A DNA stretch of 64,000 nt. It comes from an uncultured delta proteobacterium. GTDB lineage: Bacteria; Myxococcota_A; Polyangia; Polyangiales; B10-G4. The notes under the pieces are model-generated. The model worked only from the letters and a program-made list of their open reading frames with translations. It had not been told where the DNA came from and searched no databases. The stretch covers positions 1 to 64,000 of the forward strand of contig CAVSGI010000014.1 in assembly GCA_963727445.1 (NCBI GenBank). The letters are read 5' to 3'. Within the stretch, counting starts at the first letter, position 1. Each line of letters begins with the position of its first letter. Made by a program: the position numbers and the translations under genes. Below are positions 1 to 12,200 of the stretch, one piece after another.

Positions 1-3000
1 CGTCACGCCGACCTTTAGAAACCCCGACTGAAACCCCGACGGAGACGCCAACCGCCACGGCGACAGCGACGGAGACGCCACACCGACACCAACCGAGACA
101 GCGACAGCGACACCAACCGAAATCCCCGACCGAGACGCCAACCGCCAAGGAGACAGCGACGGAAACGCCAACCCAGACCGCGACCGACACCGACCGCGAC
201 AGCGACAGACACCCCGACAGAGACACCAACCGCCACGCCAACGGCGACCGAGACAGCGACTCAGACACCGACCGAAACCCCCACTGAAACCTCGACCGAG
301 ACCCCGACAGAGACGCCAACCGCCACGGCGACGGCAACCGAGACAGCGACTCAGCCACACCGACCGAAACCGCGACGGAAACCCGACCGAGACCCCGACA
401 GAGACGCCAACCGCCACGGCGACAGCGACGGAAACGCCGACTCAGACACCCACCGACACACCGACAGCAACGCCGACCGAAACCCCGACGGAGACTCCAA
501 CAGCCACGGCGACAGCGACGGATACGCCGACTCAGACACCGACCGACACACCGACAGCAACCCCGACAGAAACCCCGACGGAGACACCAACGGCCACGGC
601 GACAGCGACGGATACACCGACCCAGACCCCAACCGAAACACCCACAGCAACGCCGACTGAAACCCCGACGGAGACACCAACGGTGACGGCGACGGCGACC
701 GACACACCGACTCAGACTCCGACCGTCACGCCGACCAGCACCGCCACCGACACGCCGACGGAAACCCCGACAGCCACGCCGACCAGCACCGCCACCGACA
801 CGCCGACGGAGACCCCAACCGCCACGGCGACCAGCACGGCCGACTGATACGCCGACGGCGACCCCAACGGTTACGGCGACGGCACCGACACGCCGACTTT
901 GACGCCGACCGTTACGCCGACCAGCACCGCGACCGACACCCCGACGAACACCCCAACCGAGACACCAACGGAAACTCCGACGGAGACGCCAACCGCCACG
1001 GCGACGGCAACCGACACCCCGACTCAAACCCCGACCGACACGCCGACTGAGACTCCGACCGAAGCGAAAGACTCCGACGGTCAGGCCAACCAGCACGGCC
1101 ACTGGAACTCCCACGGAGACGCCAACATCTACGCCAACTGCGACCGACACACCGACGGTCACGCCGACGGAAACGCCGACCGAGACCCCAACAGCCACGG
1201 CGACCAGCACCGCCACCGACACCCCAACGGACACGCCAACCGAACAACGGAAACTCCACGACCCAACTCCCCCCCCTACCCCCGACGCGAGACGCCAACG
1301 GATCCACGGCGACGGAGACTGCGACTACACACCACTCAACCCCACCCCCCCTCCCCCCGACAGGTCACGGCGACCAGCACCACCACCACCGACACCCCGA
1401 CGGAGACGCCAACCTCCACGGCGACGGCGACCGACACACCGACGGTGACGGCGACTGCGACCGACACGCCGACTCAAACCCACCAGACGCCGACTGGGAC
1501 TCCGACGGATACGCCGACGGTCACGCCGACCAGCACGGCCACTGAAACTCCCACGGAGACGCCAACATCTACGCCAACTGCGACCGACACACCGACGGTC
1601 ACGCCGACCAACACGGCCACTGACACGCCGACGGAGACGCCAACCGTTACGGCGACCGCGACCGACACGCCGACTCAGACCCCGACCGAGACGCCGACTG
1701 GGACACCGACGGATACGCCGACGGTCACGCCAACCAGCACGGCCACCGACACCCCGACGGACACACCGGCGGAGAAGGCCAACCGCCACGCCGACTGCGA
1801 CCGACACGCCGACGGAAACCCCGACGGAGACTCCGACCGACCAGCACGGCCACTGACACCCCGACGGAGACCCCAACGGCCACGGCGACGCCGACCGATA
1901 CACCGACTCAGACCCCGACCGACACGCCGACTGACACCCCGACAGCCACCGTTACCAGCACCGCCACCGACACGCCGACGGAGACGCCAACCGCCGCGAC
2001 CTTGACGCCGACCTACACACCGACTCAAACCCCGACCGACACGCCGACGGATACCCCGACAGCCACGGTGACCAGCACCGCCACGGACACCCCGACGGAG
2101 ACGCCGACAGCCACGGCGACCAGCACCGTCACCGACACGCCGACGGAGACGCCGACAGTCACGCCAACCAGCACGGCCACTGACACGCCGACGGCGACCC
2201 CAACGGTTACGGCGACGGCGACCGACGCCCCGACGGATACCCCGACGGAAACGCCGACCGAGACCGCAACGGCAACGGCGACCGACACGCCGACTCAGAT
2301 CCCGACCGAGACGCCGACCGCTACTTTGACGCCAACTGAAAAGACCGAAACACAAGACGAACACCGACAGCGACGACGACCAACACGCCGACTCACACCC
2401 CGACAGTCACGCCGACCAGCACAGCTACTGACACGCCGACGAAGACGCCGACGGACACCCCGACGGAGACCCCGACAGCCACGGCGACAGCGACCGGCAC
2501 TGCAACGGACACTCCGACGGCGACACCGACCGTCACGCCGACCAGAACGCCCACCGACACACCGACAGAGACCCCAACGGTTACGGCGACGGCGACCGAC
2601 ACGCCGACTCAGATCCCGACGAACACCCCCACTGTAGCTTCGACGGATACGCCGACGGCGACACCCACGAGTACCGCCACCGCAACCCCGAGCGAGACGC
2701 GCACGGTTACGCCGACGAACACTCCCACGGAGACGCCCACCGAGACGCCGATAGCCACGCCGACCGAGACGGCGACTCAGACCGCGACGAACACACCCAC
2801 GGCAACTCCCACCGATACCCCAACGGGTGCGGCGACGGCGACCGATACGCCGACTCCCACATGGACTCAGACCCCGACCGGGACATCGACCAGTACGCCG
2901 ACTGCGACGCCGACCGGCAACCCCACCGATACGCCGACAGCGACATCCGTGAGTACCGCCACCGCAACCCCGACCGAGACGCCTACGGCCACACCAACGA

Positions 3001-3160
3001 ACACGCCCAGGGCGACGCCGACCGGTACCGCGACCGAAACTCCGACGTCGACCGCGATCGCGACGCCGACGGAAACTCCGACGGAGACGCCAACAGCCCC
3101 GGCGACTGCGACAGACACGCCGTCTCGGACGTCGACCGCGACGCCCCCCAGCACCGCCAA
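1..3160 (+). repeat. Thr/Pro-rich low-complexity coding repeat ([15 protein letters not shown]...), partial mucin-like linker of a surface protein; no start, domain or stop visible
   Basis: ACN-CCN codon pattern on + strand across 3.1 kb; frame switches repeatedly between ORFs 899..2005, 2002..2637 and 2949..; antisense gives VSVGVSVAV shadow ORFs. Confidence 0.85.
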
Positions 3161-3769
3161 TGCGCGCGTTGACGTCGACCCCGGACGCCAGACCGCTGGT
3201 GAACTGGTGGCGGGCCCAATGCCATTGCCAGCCGACCTGGGTGTAGGCGCCTATTTGCTCGGGGTGAACCACAGGAGTGCTGACCCGCCCATGATCGCTG
3301 GATTGAAACCGGGCGCTACGTTCGGATTGCCCAGGATGTCCCGATTGGGCACGCTGACGGTGAGGCCGAGCGGGAGTGCGAGGAACACCTCCGCCCCGAA
3401 ATCCGCGAGGGCGAAGGGGAAGCGAACTTCGGTTGGATGTCCCCGTTCACAGGAAGCTGTGTTCGTTCCCCGCGTTGTCGAAGGTCTCGGCGTTCCACCA
3501 GACGAGGCTCGACCGCGCACCGAGCGCCAGGTAGCGCATGAACGCGTACTCGGCGAAGACGTCGAAGCCGACCGTGGCGAGGAGATTGTCGTTTGTGTCG
3601 GGCAGGTTTTCGTAGTCGAGGTGGAGCTGTCCGGCGAAGCCCGCCACCATGCCGCCTCCGACGCGAACACCGTCCCGAAAGGGAGCGGGGGCCCTCCGCT
3701 CGTGCCTGGGCTGAGGCGGCGGTCGAGAGGGCGGCGACTCGCGAGTGCGAGGGACACGAACATGGGCAT
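3160..3769 (-). CDS. Putative outer-membrane beta-barrel protein, frameshifted, 3' end lost at the junction with the Thr/Pro repeat
   Basis: Stitched from ORFs 3251..3769, 3447..4073 and 2295..3272: signal-like start [15 protein letters not shown], then amphipathic aromatic strands [52 protein letters not shown]. Confidence 0.55.
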
Positions 3770-3778
3770 GGCCGAACT

Positions 3779-6334
3779 CTAGCCGGAGGTCGCAGCTCCG
3801 CCCAGTTCGGTCCCGCCTTCTTCCCCACGCGCAGAGGGACCTCGAGCGCGAAGGCCTGTCGCATGGCGTCGGCGGCGACCTCGGCGGCCGTCTCGAGCTC
3901 GTCCCCGTCGACCTCGAAGAGCACCTCGTCGTGCACCTGCAGCAGCGGCGCGGCGCGAAGCCGCGGGCGCGGAGCGCCTGGTCGGCGTGGAGCAGGCCGC
4001 GCCGGGACACGTCGGCCACCGAGCCCTCGTGGGTGGCGCGCCGGGCGAGCCGCTCCGCGTAGGCGCGCGCCAACGGTCGTTCGAAGTCGAGACCTCCGAT
4101 GGGCCAGCGGCGCCCGGCGAGGGTGACGATGAAGCCGCGCTTCGCGCCAGGCGCAGCTGCTCGTCCTGAAACGCCCGCACCACCGCGTAGCGGCGATCGA
4201 AGCGGTCGATGAGCTCCTTGGCCTCGCGGCGTCGACGCCGAGCTCGAGCGCCAGCGCGCTCGCGCCCTGGCCGGCGAAGGTCGCGAAGTTCACGACCTTG
4301 CCGATCTGGCGCTCCTTCTTGCCCGAGGCCTTCGCCGGATCGAGGTCGAGCACGGCGGCCGCCGTGAGCGTGCATGTCGGCTTCGTTCGCGAGTGGCTCG
4401 ACCAGCGCCGGGTCGCTCGTCAGGTGCGCGAGCACGAAGAGACCGAGCTGCCCGTAGTCGACGTGAGCAGGACGTGCCCCGGCGGCGCGAGAAGGCGTGG
4501 CGGATGCGCGCCATCTCGGGCGTCTGCCCGGCACGCGGCCGAGGTCGGGCGCCGAGCAGATGACGCGGCCCGAAAGAACGCGCCGGGTGAAACATCGCGT
4601 GCACGCGTCCGTCGTCGGCGATGCTCGCGATGAGGCCGTGACCCAGGTGTCCTTCAGCCGCCGCAAGAGCCGACAGCGGATCGACCAGCGGGACGATGGG
4701 GTGCTCGTGGTCGATGCGCTCGAGCGCGTCGGTCGCGGTGCTCCAGCCGGTCTTGGTCTTCTTGACGACCGTCAGCCCGAGATCCTCGAAGAGCACCGCG
4801 CCGAGCTGCTTGGTGGAGCCGACGTTGAAGCTCTTGCCGGCGAGCGCGTGGATCTCTGTTCGAGCTCTTCGCGGATCCGCTCGAAGTCGTCGCCTGCGCT
4901 GGCGAGGTCCGCGCCGTCCACGGCGATACCCGACAGCTCCATGCGCGCAGGTCTCGCGAAGGGCAAGGTACTCGTCCAACAGCGCTCGTCGGTCGTCGGC
5001 TCGAGCCGCGCCACACCTCGTCCGCCGCGCGGGCGAGGTGCGCCGCGTAGGCGGCCGCGACCGCCGTCCGATCGCGGCCCACGGCTTGCGCGCCCGGCCC
5101 ACGCCGCGCAACGCCTTCCTCGTCCAGCGCGCGGTGCAACACCTGCTGACCAGGAGGCAGATCGTGCGGCGCCCAGTTGCTCGGCTGGTGCAGGTGGGAC
5201 GCGGAGGCCGAGTCGCCAGCGATGCCCCTCATGGTGATGCCGCGCCGCGCGAAGGCGACGACAGCGCGCTTGAGGTCGTGCCCGACCTTCGGGCGCGCGG
5301 CGTCGGCGAGGAACGTGGCGAGTGCGTCGGGCACGTCGTCGAACACGGCGCCCGTCCCGCGAAGGGCACATAGAGCGCCAGGCCTTCGCTCTTCACGAGC
5401 GCGACCCCGGCGAGGCGCCCCGCGACGGGCGAGGGGTCCTCGATGAGCGCGTGGATGGCCACCGGCGCGCGTTCGAGCGCGCGAGCGCATCGGCGAGCGC
5501 GCCGCGTCGCGCAGACGGTGACCTCTACGTCGTCGAGGCGCCCCTCTCGGCTGCCAGCAGCTCGAAGAAGCCGAGCTCGGCGTAGAGGGCACCGAGCGCC
5601 GAAGCTCGGGCGGCTGAAGCCGAGCGCGTCGAGTGGCAGGGGCAGGTCGACGTCGATCGAGGCGGGCGCGCGCGAGCTCGCGTGCGCGTCGTCGAGCGAC
5701 GCACGCAGCGCGTTGCCGATGCGGCCTTCGATCTCGTCGGCCCTCTCCAGCGCCTCGTCGAGGGACCCGAAAGCCTCGATGAGCTGGGTCGCGCCCTTCT
5801 TGCCGAGGCCCTTGACGCCGGGGAGCGCGTCGTCGTCGCCGACCAGCGCGAGCCACTCGGCCACGTTCGCCGGCCCCACCTCGAAGCGCTTGCGCACGAG
5901 CTCGGGCGTGTAGCGAACGTCCTTGTAGGCGTCGTACCACCACACGCCATCGTCCACGAGCTGGGCCAGGCGCTTGTCGCTGCCGACGATGACGACGTCG
6001 TGGCCGGCTTCGAGGGCGGCCTGCGTGTAGGACGCGACGACGTCGGCGGCCGAGGAGGTCGTCGTCACGGTAATCCCCTGAGCACGCAGCAGATCCGGGA
6101 AGCGCTCCTGCTGCGAGGCGAGCGAGGATGACCAGCTCGAGGCGTCGGCGTCCGCATCGAAGATGGCCACCGCCATCTCCGGCTCCTTGAAGGCCAGGGC
6201 CCGCCGCAGCGCGCTGGTCGCGGCGAAGAGCGCGCCGGCGGGATCTCCTCGGGCGTCTGCCGGTCGTCGGAGACGCTCAGATACCCGCGCGACAGAAGAT
6301 TCGTCGCGTGGACGATGAGGAGCCGGTCGGTCAT
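3779..6334 (-). CDS. Divergent DNA polymerase I (family A) paralog with 5' nuclease-like, exo-like and polymerase domains; several frameshifts
   Basis: [20 protein letters not shown] (H3TH), [30 protein letters not shown] (thumb), [14 protein letters not shown] (motif A), [14 protein letters not shown] (motif B), [12 protein letters not shown] (motif C), GPNWAE C-terminus. Confidence 0.9.
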
Positions 6335-6869
6335 CCGCCGGCGGTCTCGGCGTGCTCGAGCTTTTCGAGGCCGCGCTCGAAGTCCGCGCCAATCACGGAG
6401 TCCATGCCCACGAAGAGGTCGAAGAGCTTGCCCATGAAGTCGTTCCTTCCCTCCATCCACCAGGTGACCTTCGTGCCATCCCCCTGCTCATCGAGGGCGA
6501 TGCCGACGTCGGCGGTGGAGGGGAAGGGCTCGATGAACTCGAGGTCGTAGGTGACCTCCTCGGCGCTGGCCGAGGTGATCGTCAACTTGCCCTTGCCGAG
6601 GTCGTCGTTGCCTTCCCAGGTGTACCAGGCGCCGACCCCGACGACGGATCGGAGTATTCGATGCGCGCGTGCGGATCGAGATCGATCCACGGGTTCCACT
6701 CGGTCACTTCTCGAGGTTCTCGAGGTGGGGGACGATCAGATTCGGCGTCGCGCTCATCACGCGGGTGCGCTCCACACGGTACTCGTCTGGTCGCATGGCG
6801 GCGGCGATGACCGGTCCCAGGTCAGGAGGAGGAGCACCACGCCCACCCCCAACGCGATCTTCTCTTCAT
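6331..6869 (-). CDS. SRPBCC (polyketide cyclase/START-like) family protein with N-terminal membrane anchor, frameshifted
   Basis: KIALGVGVVLLLL start; WNPW; GVGAWYTWEGNDDLGKG; DGTKVTWWM; IGADFERGLEKL; stop overlaps ATG of the PolA-like gene (ATGA). Confidence 0.8.
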
Positions 6870-7002
6870 GGAGCGGGAGGGTACGACAGCCCCCGCAGGT
6901 GGTCACGCGGCGGCGCCGCCCTCCGGTCGTTTCTCCCACTGGTCCCGGTCGAGGTCGGCGACCATCTCGTTTCCGGCGGTCTCCTCTTCTCGGCTCCCCT
7001 CA

Positions 7003-7288
<286 letters not shown>

Positions 7289-7439
7289 CGTCGTCGATGA
7301 GGTTGCAGCGTCGATGGGGATCGCGCGGTCGCGGACATCGCGGCTCGGGCACGGTCAGCTGCCCCTGCGGCGACGAGATGAAAGTGCCCATTATCTCCGC
7401 CGGTGGCGCACTGCGAGTTGCGCTGCGCCGAGGGCATCA

Positions 7440-8592
<1,153 letters not shown>

Positions 8593-8762
8593 CTACCGGC
8601 GCTCGGCCGAGGAGAACGCATCTATTATCGCGTCCCGATCGGTGCTTCCCTCGTCCCGCTGGCGGCTGCGAATATTCGCTCGGCCGCCTGGGCCAGCTCG
8701 CGCGCCTCCTGCGTGCTCGCCTGCACCGTCACCTCGCCCAGCCGAGGAAGCGTTGGAGGAAG

Positions 8763-8793
<31 letters not shown>

Positions 8794-9221
8794 GACAGGC
8801 GCGCCTCGCCCTCTTGCGCATGCGCCTGACCTGGCCGCGTCCATCTGCGCCGACACCGAAGCCTGCGACGCGCGCATGGACTCGCCCACCCAGGGCGTGG
8901 ACGCCAGCGAGCTCCGGAGTCAGCTTCACACCGCGGTTATCGCACATCGAAAGCGGCGGCTGCCGATCGAAGCCACCCTCCCGCCGGACGCGTCCCAAAG
9001 AAGGACCCGAGGAGCGCTACGCGGACGCCCAGAAGCTTCGTGCAGGCCCTCGAAGGCCACGAGCCGGGAGCATGGCCGAGACGCGGCGCGGTCCCGTGCC
9101 GATGACCCGCGAGCTGAAGCTGGCCCAGGCGGCCGCCCTCATCGCCCACGGCGCGTCGGCCGAGCAGACGGGAGGGGCTTTCGCGCCGCGGCCTCGCGGG
9201 CGACACGCTGGTGGTCTTCAC

Positions 9222-12200
9222 CGCCCTGCTCTTCGAGGCGCGGCTCGAGGATCTCCCGGCGCGCTCGCGGTAGTCCTCGAGCTTGGCGATGCGCAGGAGC
9301 GCGTCGATGGCCGGCTCGTAGTGCGAGTCGAGCCCGAGCACCTCCTCGTAGGTGGCGAGCGCGTCGGGCACGTCGTCGATCTCGCGCTCGAGCACCTCGC
9401 CGGCGCGGGGAAGAGCGCCACCCGCTTCTCCGCGTCCGCGGTCGGCGCGGCGCGGGCGCAGGTTGTCGAGCAGCTCCGGCCACATCGCCTGACGCTCGTA
9501 GAGCCGAGCGAGGGCTTCGATCGCGTCGGCGTTCTGGGCTCGTCGTCGAGCACGCGCTGGAAGGCGTCGATGGCGTCTTCGGGCTGCCCGAGCTGCTTCT
9601 CGAGAAGGGTTCCGAGGCGCCCGGCCAGCTCGACGCGCGACTCTGCCTCGGGCTCGAGGTGAGCGGCGCCGCAGCACCTCGGCGAGCTTCTCCGAGTTGC
9701 CGGCCGCCTGTAGAGGCGGTCGAGAGACTCGAGGGCGATGTCGTCCGAGTCGTTCTCGACGAGCGCCTACCCGTAGGCCTCGATGGCGCCTTCACGGTCG
9801 CCCAGGAGCTCTTCGAGCACCGAGCCTTCGCGCCTGAGCAGCTCGCCGCGCTCCTCCGGATCGAAGACGCGCTGCACCCGCCGGCCGAGGACGTCCACCA
9901 GCCCGCGCCAATCGCCGACCATCATGTGGAGCGGCTCGAGCGTCGACAGCGGCTCGAGGCGTCTGGGTCCTTCTCGAGGATTCGCTCGTAGGTCTCGATC
10001 GCCGACCGGGGATCGCCCCGATTCTCGTCGTGCACCTCGGCGATGCGGTTCAGGAGCTCGGTGACCCGCATGGGGTCGTCGGTCTTGGTGATCGCGGTCT
10101 CGTAGGCCTGGACGTGCTGGTCCCAGGCGTCGAGGAGCTCCGCCAGCCGTTCGATCTCGGCGCGCGTCGCGTCGTCCATCGGGTCGGCCGCGAAGGCGCG
10201 GGTCCAGGCGTGGAAGGCGAGGACGCCGTCACGGCCGCGCTCTTCGTGGATCCGGCCCACCTCTCCGAGGAGTCGAACCTTGTCGATCGGATCGTCGGCG
10301 ATCGCGGCCTGCGCCTCGAAGATGGCGATGCGCTTCCGCCACTCGTCGGCGCCCCGGTAGATGGGCTCGAGGATCTGGGTGATGCGCAGGCGGTCGTCCT
10401 CTGCGGTCACCATCTGCTCGAGCTTGGCGACGGTGGGCCCGAAGCTCGGGTCCATCCGCGTGATCTCCTCGAAGACGTCGAGGCCGCCGGCGCGATCGTC
10501 GAGCTGGTCGACGAGGAGCGCGCCGAGCCGATGCTTGAGCGGCACCTCGTCGTCGGTGCCCATCGAGACGTCCACCCGATGGCGGATGTGCTCCGCGAGG
10601 TCTTCCCAGCGCTCGCGCGCGCTGTAGAGACGGTCGAGGGCGTCGATCGCCCGCGGCTCGCGCGGATCGATCTCGAGGATGTCGCGATAGAGATCGATGG
10701 CCGCCTCGGGCTCCGACTTCTGCTCGAGCGTGGTTTCGGCCATCTTGTGCAGGAGCTCGATGCGCTCCTCGTCACTGGTGGCGACGTCGAGCCGCTCCCG
10801 GTCGAGGGAAACCAGGGCGTCCCAGTCCTCACGCCGGCGGTGAACCGAGTCGAGCGCGTCGAAGACCTCGCGGTCGGTGGGGTCGAAGTCGAGAGCGCGG
10901 CGGTAGTAGTTCGACGCCTTGTCGAGGTCGCCGGTCTTGTCGTCGTGGAGCTTGCCGGTGATGAAAGCGAGCTTGGCGGTCGCCGGCTCGTCGACGCTGA
11001 TCTCCGCGAGCGCCTCGCCGTAGATCTCCGCCAGCCGCTCGTGCTTGTCGAGCTTGCGGGCGAGGCGGGTCAGCGTGTCCCACACGCTCTCGTCGGTGGG
11101 CTCCTCCTGGAAGAGGCGCGCGTAGATCTCGAGCGCGCCGTCGAGGTCCTCGAGATAGTCCTCGTGGATCTGACCGAGGCGGCCGAGCCAGGTCTTGCGG
11201 TCCTCGACCACGTCGGAGGTCGCCACGCGCGCTTCGAGCACGGAGGTGACCTTCGGCCAGTCCATCGGCTGGAGGAACACGGGCTCGAGGATCTCGGCCG
11301 CCGCGGAGCGATGCTCCTCGTCCTCCATCAGCGACTCGAGCGCCTCGATGGTCGGCTGGTGGCTGCCGTCCAGGGCCAGCGCTTCGCGGAACTGATCGAT
11401 CGCCCGGTACATGTCGTCGAGGTGGTTCTGGGCGACGCGCCCGAGGCGATAGCGCACCTCCACCGCGTCTCCGGCGCCGCTGGAAGCCATGCTGTCCAGG
11501 CGCCGCTCGAGCACCGAGGCCAGGTCGTGGTATCGCTCGGCGCGCCGGTAGAGACGCTCGAGCCCTTCGAAGGCCGCCGGGCGCTCCTGTTCGCCGAGCA
11601 CCTGCTCGTACGCTTCGATCGCCGCCTCGACGTCGTCGAGGGCGGTCTCCGAGAGCTCCGCCTGTTGCAGCAGGAGCTGACGCGGCGCTCGGGATCGTCG
11701 GCGAGGTCGGTCTTGCGCCGCAGCACGTCGAGCAACCCGCGATGATCGTCCTGGCGCTTCTTGAGCGCCTCGAGAGCGTCGAGGGCCTCCATGTGATCGG
11801 GGCGCTCCTCGAGCACCTTGCTGTAGTACTCGCCCGCGAGCTCGTCGTTCTCGAGCCGGGAGACGGCGGCGTCGGCGATCTTGAGGAGGATCGACAGCGA
11901 CAGATCGCCGTTGAAGACGTCGCCCACGATCTCGCGGAGCAGCGCCACGTAGTCCTCGAAGCGCTCGGAGGCGACCGCGTGACGCTCGAGGTCGGACAAG
12001 AGGTCCTCGAGGTCGGGCTCGCCGAGGCCCGCCTTGATCGCGTCGGCCGTGAGGTCGAAGGCCCTCTCGGGCGACTCGAGACCGACGTCGGCGACCTCGG
12101 CGGCGCGGCGGAGCGCGGAGAAGCGCTCCATCGGATCGTCGGACTGCCCGGTGACGGTCAGCACCTCGATGAGCTTGTCGTAGTCGGCGGTCCCCTCGTA

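Noticed and set aside
15..3272. Val/Ser/Gly-rich membrane proteins on the minus strand
   Set aside because: Reverse complement of the Thr/Pro repeat
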